Source: Promethearchaeota archaeon (lineage in GTDB: Archaea > Asgardarchaeota > Heimdallarchaeia > Hodarchaeales > Hodarchaeaceae). Taken from it: 9,955 nt of DNA. Shown here in pieces: positions 1 through 9,955 of this stretch; the first letter of the stretch is position 1; each line of letters begins with the position of its first letter. Below the pieces are notes generated by a model. It was not told the DNA's origin. It made no database searches and saw only the letters and a list, made by a program, of their open reading frames with translations. The stretch covers positions 1 through 9,955 of the forward strand of contig JBHLPG010000134.1 in NCBI GenBank assembly GCA_048939725.1, written 5' to 3'. Made by a program: the position numbers and the translations under genes.

Positions 1-311
1 ATAACCTCATCATGTTCATCGATGAATAAAAGGCCCCCATCACCAGGTATGAAAGCTGTAACCTGTTTTCCATTTTTTATCAATTGTACTCTAGCACACT
101 TTCTAATCGCAGAATTGGGCTGCTTAGATTCAATTCCAACTTTTTCGATGACGATTCCACGAGCTTGGGGTGCTCCTTCTAAAGGATCGAATTTCTCCTT
201 CAATCGAAGGACCTTTCTCTTATAAGTTGTACTCTTCCAACGAAATTTCTTCCTTTTCCGTAATAATTTACTAGCAGCAAATTCTCCTCGTGGTGATTTC
301 AATCCAGTCAT
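1..311 (-). CDS. rps12: 30S ribosomal protein uS12 (archaeal S12p), 3' end truncated by window edge
   Basis: Manual reverse complement from ATG at 311 gives [103 protein letters not shown] with no stop to position 1. [23 protein letters not shown] and [11 protein letters not shown] are uS12 signatures. Confidence 0.95.
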   Translation of the reverse strand, partial: MTGLKSPRGEFAASKLLRKRKKFRWKSTTYKRKVLRLKEKFDPLEGAPQARGIVIEKVGIESKQPNSAIRKCARVQLIKNGKQVTAFIPGDGGLLFIDEHDEV

Positions 312-407
312 ATTTCTTCGCCAAATTAATTTAAAATTCTAAAATGTATAATCAAACTATATATTCTCAGCTTTGAACCGAATAGGGCTGTTATCCTTTT
401 TTTTTTC

Positions 408-417
408 TTATATATAT
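408..417 (-). promoter_or_regulatory. Candidate TATA box for rps12 (and downstream genes)
   Basis: Minus-strand reading CTTCATATATATAAGAAAAAAAAAAGG; TATATATAA lies about 100 nt upstream of the rps12 ATG (311). A second candidate, GAATATATAG, lies at about 357-366. Confidence 0.45.
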
Positions 418-451
418 GAAGAGTTTTGTCACTCTAATTAATCTTAAAAAT

Positions 452-877
452 TCAAGGAGGGCTTTGGATAATTACGTTATTGATTCCAAAGTGTCTTTTC
501 AGTAAAAGACGGGACCTCTGTATATTCCTCCCATTCTTGCCTATAGCTTTTCCCCTTTCCTGCGGAATGACTGTAACTACAACTGTTTTCTTTCCTGATT
601 TCTCATGAATCTCAATGTTTTTTGCTTTAGCAGGTGCAAGTGTATTTGCTGCAAAATTCTCTACATTTTCAGAATATTCAACAATGTCAATCTGCTTTTG
701 AAAATGTTCACGAAGACGTCTGATAGTTGTGCCTCCACGACCAATTACTTTTCCTGTGTCATTTCGTCGAACCACGAAAATAACGCGAGTTTCAGATTTA
801 TCCCAAACGCAATCGACAGCGAGAGCACCTGTAAGTCCTTCGAGAATGGAAATAAATCGGAGTTCTTCTTGGGACAT
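452..877 (-). CDS. nusA: Archaeal NusA-like transcription factor with two KH domains (start placed at internal ATG 877, not the track start 982)
   Basis: MSQEELRFISILEGLTGALAVDC... with two GxxG KH loops (GKVIGRGG and GKAIGKNG); located between rpl30e and rps12 as expected in archaea. The first 35 aa of the track ORF overlap the 3' end of rpl30e and look non-native. Confidence 0.93.
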   Translation of the reverse strand: MSQEELRFISILEGLTGALAVDCVWDKSETRVIFVVRRNDTGKVIGRGGTTIRRLREHFQKQIDIVEYSENVENFAANTLAPAKAKNIEIHEKSGKKTVVVTVIPQERGKAIGKNGRNIQRSRLLLKRHFGINNVIIQSPP

Positions 878-906
878 TCTAATATTTGACAAGCAAAAAC
901 ATCCTA

Positions 907-1206
907 TCAAATATAATCTAGAATTTTGGAATTCCCTGGATCTAAAATCGCTAGTGTAGAGACGACATGAGGACGCCCGCATGCTGCACCAAGATCAAAT
1001 CCAGTTTTCTCATATTCAATGACTGGGATCTGCGAGAGTTCACAATTTCTTAATAGTTTTCTCTTAGAGTCTAACGGGATATTACTTGAAATTAGGGCTG
1101 CTTTAACTTTCCCGCTTAAAACGCTTTTAATCGTAGCACTATATCCTATTTTCACTTTTCCAGTACTTATAGCCATACTTATGGCTTTTTCTATTTCTTG
1201 TTTCAT
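907..1206 (-). CDS. rpl30e: 50S ribosomal protein eL30 (L30e)
   Basis: 99 aa; KAISMAISTGKVKIGYSATIKSVLSGKVKAALISSN...CELSQIPVIEYEKTGFDLGAACGRPHVVSTLAILDPGNSKIL is characteristic of the eL30/eL8 family; located between rpoA2 and nusA. Confidence 0.93.
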   Translation of the reverse strand: MKQEIEKAISMAISTGKVKIGYSATIKSVLSGKVKAALISSNIPLDSKRKLLRNCELSQIPVIEYEKTGFDLGAACGRPHVVSTLAILDPGNSKILDYI

Positions 1207-1208
1207 GG

Positions 1209-5103
<3,895 letters not shown>

Positions 5104-5164
5104 AAGGTAGTCTCCCAGTAACATAACAGATAGAGCAAAATAAAGAATTTAGGAATATTGATGA

Positions 5165-5173
5165 GTTTTTAAG
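5165..5173 (-). promoter_or_regulatory. Weak candidate TATA-like element upstream of rpoA1
   Basis: Minus-strand reading CTTTCCTTAAAAACTCATC, ~65-70 nt upstream of the rpoA1 ATG (5103); it would give a 5' UTR of roughly 35-45 nt. Not a strong match. Confidence 0.25.
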
Positions 5174-5422
5174 GAAAGGTACTGGTAATGAATGTGAAAA
5201 TTACTCAACTAACGCTAGCTGCATAGTTGTTTATGTATTTTGACTAAGACCAGCCAGAAGTTTGCTTCCTTCAATTGAAATAATAATAGCAGAATTAAAG
5301 GAGAGGGATAAAAATTTTAGAAAGCTAATGGTCAGAAAAAACAATATGGCATGAAAAATTAGGTTTTCGTGTTCATTCACATCGCATTTACATAATTATA
5401 TTTAGATATACTTGATGAAATT

Positions 5423-5429
5423 AAAAAAA
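5423..5429 (-). terminator. Candidate oligo-U terminator downstream of the membrane/ATPase gene cluster
   Basis: Seven-A run on the plus strand (T7 on the transcript strand), ~38-44 nt downstream of the 61-aa ORF stop; another T7 on the same strand at 5336-5342. Archaeal termination can occur at short oligo-T tracts. Confidence 0.3.
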
Positions 5430-5466
5430 CTTTCACAAATAAGCTTTTTCTGTTACTATCATTCAT

Positions 5467-5652
5467 TTAGTTATGAAGGATCAGATTATTCAGAGTAAAT
5501 ATGAAAAGACCAGCAAATAGGCAGAATTTTCCGATCCGATTGCCAGTGGGGGCATAGATGATTGAGCCAAGAGCTATTAAACAAGCTCCAAATTGCACAG
5601 AAACAATAATTTCGATGCAGGTGAAAATTATTATTGTGATGATTTCAACCAA
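5467..5652 (-). CDS. Small hydrophobic two-transmembrane protein (possible third hairpin unit of the upstream ORF)
   Basis: 61 aa, TTG start: MVEIITIIIFTCIEIIVSVQFGACLIALGSIIYAPTGNRIGKFCLFAGLFIFTLNNLILHN. Two hydrophobic segments. GGAGG lies 12 nt upstream of the TTG. Same frame as the preceding ORF. The ALGSIIY...N..GK pattern resembles a hairpin in the 173-aa ORF. Confidence 0.55.
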   Translation of the reverse strand: MVEIITIIIFTCIEIIVSVQFGACLIALGSIIYAPTGNRIGKFCLFAGLFIFTLNNLILHN

Positions 5653-5658
5653 GTTAAA

Positions 5659-6180
5659 TTATGTCCTCCATATCGGCATATTAGGAAATTGAAAGCCCAA
5701 TGGGAAAATTACACATAATAAACAGATTACGCTTTTTTTCAAGTTTTTTTTCCGCTTCATATCAGACGAAATAATGTAAAGACCAAGATTTCCAAGAAAT
5801 ACGATAAGAGATAAAGAAGCGAAAATAAACAGCAGGTAAGCTGTGATAAAGGTTGCTAAAGACTGAAATCCGTCAAATGGTTCAATTATCTCTCCCATAT
5901 TAGGAAAATTTGGATTAAAAATATAGAATAGGAGTGTTAAGATAGCTAATGATCTTAGAATCATCATTTTTCCATTTTCCTCGTTATAATCCAAAAGATA
6001 GACTATTGCTCCTAATATTATTGAAAGATTTACTGTAAAAATAGTGATACATATTAGAATTGGGAAGACTGATAAAAAAAAATCATTTATCTTGTTAGAA
6101 ATTAATTCTAAATAACTTATAACCTCACTTGAGAAGAAATCTCTATCAACCTTCACAAAAAATAAATCAAGATGAATCAA
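5659..6180 (-). CDS. Polytopic membrane protein, unknown function, with internal hairpin duplication
   Basis: 173 aa, apparent TTG start with GGGA upstream. About four hydrophobic segments (residues ~34-63, 75-88, 108-137, 150-163), separated by short charged loops. Confidence 0.6.
   Translation of the reverse strand: MIHLDLFFVKVDRDFFSSEVISYLELISNKINDFFLSVFPILICITIFTVNLSIILGAIVYLLDYNEENGKMMILRSLAILTLLFYIFNPNFPNMGEIIEPFDGFQSLATFITAYLLFIFASLSLIVFLGNLGLYIISSDMKRKKNLKKSVICLLCVIFPLGFQFPNMPIWRT
5677..6027 (-). repeat. Protein-level internal repeat: two hairpin units 73 residues apart
   Basis: Residues 52-95 LSIILGAIVYLLDYNEENGKMMILRSLAILTLLFYIFNPNFPNM align without gaps to residues 125-168 LIVFLGNLGLYIISSDMKRKKNLKKSVICLLCVIFPLGFQFPNM: 10/44 identities by eye, including LG, S, L and the terminal FPNM. 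Confidence 0.5.
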
Positions 6181-6319
6181 GATTATCCCTAAAACTAGTT
6201 ATTAGAAGTATCTGAATCCATATTAAAAATTCAACAAGCCATATAAACTCCCAATAATATGAAAGACATATTTTCTCATTGAGAAGAATCTCCTTCTTCA
6301 TAATAATGAAAATAAGAAC

Positions 6320-7720
6320 TTAGAATCCACTACCAGTTTCCTGACATAATTCTAAGGCAATATTCTTTGAAGCGGTTATTGCTTCATTTAAACCAATTTG
6401 ATTGTGAGAAATTAAAAAATCCAAAGTGGATATACCTGATTCAGAGTTTGGATGGGAAAGAAAAGACTCAAATTTTTTTTCAGATAGGGTTTCAATCTTT
6501 CCTTCATTTGTTAATTCAGTAATTCTCATGATTTTACGTTTTTTTACATTTCTAATCCAAGATACATTTAGCTCTATGAAAATATGAGGGAAAGAAGTCT
6601 TCAAAAGTTCTAGTGGAATTTCATAGATATCCTTCAAGCGTCTGAATAAAAATTCAGGGTTTCTGCCATGAATTGTTTGGATTGATGGAATTCCAACTGA
6701 GAGTACATTCAAGAAAGCTGAGAAATTGTCTTTAGTTGAAAGTTCCCCTAAGTTTATAAAATCTGGACTTCTATGTAATATCTTTTGCATTTCTAGTGAT
6801 TTCGAAAAAATTAAGGTTTCTTGTGGATCATATCCTAACCGAAATTTTACTGTATTCCCCTGTCTTGTTTCAGTGGTTTCAAGAACATCTTCTACAGATA
6901 GAAGTCGTAAATGAGAAGGAATATATTCAATTAAGGCATTCTGTAAAGTAGTTTTGCCTGAATTTGGAGGGCCAATAATCGAAATAGAGACTTGATTCTG
7001 AATCAAGAAAATCAATAATAGAGCTTGATTTATAGTCATGCTTCCATTATTAACTAGATCTGGAATTTTTAATTTGTTTGAACGAAATTTTCTAATATCT
7101 ATATGATAATCTTCAATCGTTAAAGGTGGAATATCTACTGTAACTCGAGTGTGAAATAAAGAAGATACAAAATCTGTTTTCATGGTTGGATTACTTTTGT
7201 TTAATGAAAAATCATTTTCTAAAGCAACTCGATAAATAAAAGATTCAATCTCTTTTGTTGTAAGCTTAATTGATGTAATACATCTTCCATGTTTTGAATG
7301 ATCAATATATAGATTCTTCTTACTTGAATCAAGATATATTTCATCTATCTGATCATCAATCAAAAGTGGGCCTATTTTTTCAAGATCGAGAATACGTAAT
7401 AATACAGGGATTAAAAGTTGTTTTGGAAGTTCTAACTGGTTAGAAATATCTCCTGATAAATACTCATAAATTTGGTTAAAAGAACAAAAGTCATTATGCT
7501 GTAAAATGAATTTTTTAAGGAAAAATTTAATCTCATTCTCATAACGGTTAAAATTCTTTAAATGATCATAGGTTAGAGGATCAAACTGAACCTGATATTC
7601 AAATTCCTTTATATAGGGGACTTTTAATATTGATACAATATAAGACTGAAATGAATAAGAATCTATCCTTATAGTATCATATTCATTAAATCTAGTGTCG
7701 TAATTTAATTGGGAATTCAT
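6320..7720 (-). CDS. Divergent type II/IV secretion / type IV pilus-family ATPase (VirB11/TadA/ArlI/GspE superfamily)
   Basis: 466 aa: Walker A IGPPNSGKTTLQNAL; ASP-box-like VEDVLETTET; Walker-B/catalytic Glu region PDFINLGELSTKDNFSAFLNVLSVGIPSIQTIHGRNPEFLFRRL (His-box-like TIHG); N-terminal domain ending DDQIDEIYLDSSKKNLYIDHSKHGRCITSI, typical of archaeal TadA-like ATPases. Confidence 0.88.
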   Translation of the reverse strand: MNSQLNYDTRFNEYDTIRIDSYSFQSYIVSILKVPYIKEFEYQVQFDPLTYDHLKNFNRYENEIKFFLKKFILQHNDFCSFNQIYEYLSGDISNQLELPKQLLIPVLLRILDLEKIGPLLIDDQIDEIYLDSSKKNLYIDHSKHGRCITSIKLTTKEIESFIYRVALENDFSLNKSNPTMKTDFVSSLFHTRVTVDIPPLTIEDYHIDIRKFRSNKLKIPDLVNNGSMTINQALLLIFLIQNQVSISIIGPPNSGKTTLQNALIEYIPSHLRLLSVEDVLETTETRQGNTVKFRLGYDPQETLIFSKSLEMQKILHRSPDFINLGELSTKDNFSAFLNVLSVGIPSIQTIHGRNPEFLFRRLKDIYEIPLELLKTSFPHIFIELNVSWIRNVKKRKIMRITELTNEGKIETLSEKKFESFLSHPNSESGISTLDFLISHNQIGLNEAITASKNIALELCQETGSGF

Positions 7721-7741
7721 TTTTTACTTCCTGATAAAATT

Positions 7742-8053
7742 TCATTCTGGTTTCTTCGACTCCTGGAGCATTTGAGAAAAAATCACCCCTAAATTATTCG
7801 GAAGAGAATCTCTTAACAAATTTTCCTTGTTTTCTGCAATATCAAAACAATATTTTCTACGAACTATACCTTGACCATCGATATAAAGAGTGAGAATGTG
7901 GCCCTCCTTTGAATGAGACATTGCCTTGGTAATAAGAGAATGCTGTTCTCGAGCGTTGACTAATTCAGACTCAGACACAAAAATCGATTCCTTCTTTCCA
8001 CAGATTGGACAAGTTGTTTGAATAACAGTTTTTTGCATTTGAAGAACCGGCAA
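7742..8053 (-). CDS. Small CPxCG-containing putative metal-binding protein, unknown function
   Basis: 103 aa, TTG start (alternative ATG at 8038): QTTCPICGKKESIFVSESEL...GHILTLYIDGQGIVRRKYCFDI. 21 bp upstream of the ATPase ORF on the same strand, so probably co-transcribed. Confidence 0.6.
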   Translation of the reverse strand: MPVLQMQKTVIQTTCPICGKKESIFVSESELVNAREQHSLITKAMSHSKEGHILTLYIDGQGIVRRKYCFDIAENKENLLRDSLPNNLGVIFSQMLQESKKPE

Positions 8054-8381
8054 TATAATTCCCGAAATTAATTTTGAGACTTAGAATAAAAAAACCCAAG
8101 TTTCACACAACTTAAACAACCCTTCTAAAACTAGCAGTAATGATTAGTATTAGAGCGGGGATGCAAGACCACAACAAATAGATTCATTAAAATCATTTGA
8201 AGGTGTTAATATTGATATTGATATGAAATTTGTCTATAACATTCTGATAAACGTTTCTGAGACCATTAGGAAAAATACTATTAAATTACGTTAAATACGA
8301 CGTATCAAATATCAAGTGAATTGGCTTCTTTTGAATGAATTTGATTTCCTTGACAATTGTTAGGTTCAAATAAAGGATTTT

Positions 8382-8404
8382 GGAATTTTATGATATCATA
8401 TTCC
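8382..8404. promoter_or_regulatory. Palindromic element upstream of the TadC/GspF-like gene
   Basis: GGAATTTTATGATATCATATTCC contains the perfect 12-bp palindrome TATGATATCATA (8389-8400), flanked by GGAA/TTCC arms, ~55-75 bp upstream of ATG 8456. Confidence 0.35.
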
Positions 8405-8455
8405 AGAACGAGAATTTCCATTCTAATTTAGGAACTCTCGAAAAATTGATGTTCT

Positions 8456-9955
8456 ATGAGTAGCATCTCCGAGAATTTTCAGACCCTCTTATTTGGAAAT
8501 TTTAATTTCTTCGCCCAATATCAGTTTGAAAAATATTTCAAATCGAAATATAAATTGGGTGAAAAGCAGGTTCATTTGATTTCTTTCTCTTTTTTTGCCT
8601 TATCTCATTTCTTCATTGGATTTCAGATATTTCTTACCAAGAGGGTCATTTTTGAAGTAATATTGATTGAGATTATACTAATCATAACTCTGTTGAGGCT
8701 CTTCAACTACATCATTTATGTTGAATTCAAGGATTATTGCACTACAATAGAAACCATTGGGTACTTTGTTGTAAATGAGTTATTAATGATACTAGATACT
8801 TCAGTATCTTTGAAAGAGGCTACTAAATTCATTATATCGAGTAACTATCCTCTTTTTTCTGAAATATTTTCAGAAGCAATGATTTTAACACATTTCGGCA
8901 ATCCGTTGAATTTCGCATTAAAAACACTAATTCAGAAAAGGCTTTTTGGACGAATTCAAACAATATTCTTATATATTTTAGAAATTTGGGAAAATGGAAA
9001 AAATATTGCACTCCTCTCAAAGAACAGGATCCTTGGCAGGATATCCGATCAAATAACAGAGGAAACAAATAAAATTGACTCTTGGGCTTCTTTATCGGCT
9101 GGAATAATATTTCTAAGTCCCCCAGTTATATATTGCTTTCTATTAATTTCTGGGAATATGAGTATATTTTTCGGGATTTTAATCATAATTGGTATCATAA
9201 TTGGATCATTTTTTATCCATCCAGAAAAACATCTGACAGTATTTTCGAAAAATAATAAACTATTCTTATCTTATGATGTAAGATCCTTAGAACTCTTAGT
9301 TATTCTTTCAGAAAATTTATTAAGAGGAAAATCTTTCAATAAAAGCCTTAATAATACCTTAAATATAATGGAGATTGATTTACAAAAAGCAAGGACAAGA
9401 ATCACGGATCCATATACCAATTTTAGATTAGGTATTAAAGAAAGAAACGAAATCAGTGCGAATCTTTTAGCTGACTTTTTTCCTGAACGAATCATCCAGC
9501 TGATCCTTTTGATTAAAAAATTTTCAATGATCAATGTAATCATTGCAGGAGAAAAATTACAAGCAATAACAAATGAATTAAATAAAATCAATGAATTTCT
9601 AAGTAAAGGTGATGCACAACTTAAAGCAGCAAAATTACATGGAACTATAATTCAAGTGCTTGCCTTAATATCTCTAGGTTTTATTACTGGAGCCAGTTCT
9701 TTTTTTCTCCTTGTATCAAATATGTTGTATCATCCATTTACAGAATCCTCGTTACCAATGAATAATTCTGCCTTTGAATTGATTTATATGATGACAGCTT
9801 TAGTATTAAGCGTATTACCAATCAGGAGAATTAATATTAAAGGGCTCAAAAACATTGAAACAATTCCATGGAAGGAAATACTGGGATTTTCTAAATTCAT
9901 ATTGTTTTTAATGGTATATATATTTGTTAAAAACGTTTTAATGGGATTATATTAA
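8456..9955 (+). CDS. TadC/ArlJ/GspF-like type II/IV secretion membrane platform protein
   Basis: 499 aa, ATG to TAA. Two T2SSF-like halves, each a cytoplasmic helical domain followed by TM segments: first half ...ELLMILDTSVSLKEATKFI...IQTIFLYILEIWENGKNIALL...WASLSAGIIFLSPPVIYCFLLISG; second half ...ILSENLLRGKSFNKSLNNTL...ANLLADFFPE...KLQAITNELNKINEFLSKGDAQLKAAKLHGTIIQVLALISLGFITGASSFFLL. The pairing with a VirB11/TadA-like ATPase nearby supports the call. Confidence 0.72.
   Translation: MSSISENFQTLLFGNFNFFAQYQFEKYFKSKYKLGEKQVHLISFSFFALSHFFIGFQIFLTKRVIFEVILIEIILIITLLRLFNYIIYVEFKDYCTTIETIGYFVVNELLMILDTSVSLKEATKFIISSNYPLFSEIFSEAMILTHFGNPLNFALKTLIQKRLFGRIQTIFLYILEIWENGKNIALLSKNRILGRISDQITEETNKIDSWASLSAGIIFLSPPVIYCFLLISGNMSIFFGILIIIGIIIGSFFIHPEKHLTVFSKNNKLFLSYDVRSLELLVILSENLLRGKSFNKSLNNTLNIMEIDLQKARTRITDPYTNFRLGIKERNEISANLLADFFPERIIQLILLIKKFSMINVIIAGEKLQAITNELNKINEFLSKGDAQLKAAKLHGTIIQVLALISLGFITGASSFFLLVSNMLYHPFTESSLPMNNSAFELIYMMTALVLSVLPIRRINIKGLKNIETIPWKEILGFSKFILFLMVYIFVKNVLMGLY

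Noticed and set aside
10-45. Suspected frameshift near the [11 protein letters not shown] end of rps12
   Set aside because: On recounting the C5 run (34-38), the frame reads [14 protein letters not shown] continuously, so there is no frameshift.
22-225. Plus-strand 67-aa ORF
   Set aside because: Antisense to clear rps12 coding sequence on the minus strand; its translation shows no family features.
878-982. N-terminal 35-aa extension of the nusA ORF (MRASSCRLYTSDFRSREF...)
   Set aside because: It overlaps the rpl30e 3' end in another frame and precedes the conserved NusA N-terminus MSQEELRFI; the start is most likely ATG 877.
5270-5279. TTCAATTGAA 10-bp palindrome in the rpoA1 upstream gap
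   Set aside because: Short, AT-rich and ~165 bp from the gene; expected by chance at this composition.
5104-5466. Possible tRNA, CRISPR or other structured RNA in the gap
   Set aside because: No cloverleaf elements, T-loop GTTCRA context, or regularly spaced direct repeats were visible. A covariance-model search (tRNAscan-SE, Infernal/Rfam) would be needed to exclude RNAs fully.
6726-6914. Plus-strand 62-aa ORF
   Set aside because: Antisense to the ATPase catalytic region.
8104-8380. Possible tRNA/ncRNA around AGAGCGGGGATGCAAGACCACAAC
   Set aside because: No matching acceptor arm or T-arm was found. The small local repeat ATTGATATTGATAT is simple-sequence-like.
8832-9591. Minus-strand ORFs 8832-9068 and 9271-9591
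   Set aside because: Antisense to the 499-aa platform protein; Ile/Leu/Ser-rich content is explained by the complementary hydrophobic coding sequence.

Overview
Archaeal chromosomal window, probably from an uncultured lineage. The Asgard/Heimdall-like impression is only a guess from sequence character. The left half is a minus-strand transcription/translation cluster in canonical archaeal order: rpoA1 (A'), rpoA2 (A''), rpl30e, nusA and a partial rps12. The rps12 fragment at the left edge is open on the minus strand but absent from the supplied ORF track. rpoB does not lie upstream of rpoA1. Instead there is a ~360 bp gap and then a module of apparent membrane/secretion genes. On the minus strand, in transcription order, these are a small CPxCG protein, a divergent VirB11/TadA/GspE-family ATPase, a 173-aa polytopic membrane protein and a 61-aa two-TM protein. 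On the plus strand, divergently oriented, is a 499-aa TadC/ArlJ/GspF-like membrane platform protein. The most interesting signals are: (i) the 173-aa and 61-aa membrane ORFs are in the same frame, separated by one TAA and two codons, and together carry three copies of a two-helix hairpin, two of them repeating at exactly 73 residues with a shared FPNM motif; (ii) the ATPase has departures in its Walker A and Walker B region and is split divergently from its presumed platform partner; (iii) no recognisable pilin is present. A minimal, divergent type IV pilus-like or conjugation/DNA-transfer-like apparatus is a reasonable hypothesis but is not proven here.
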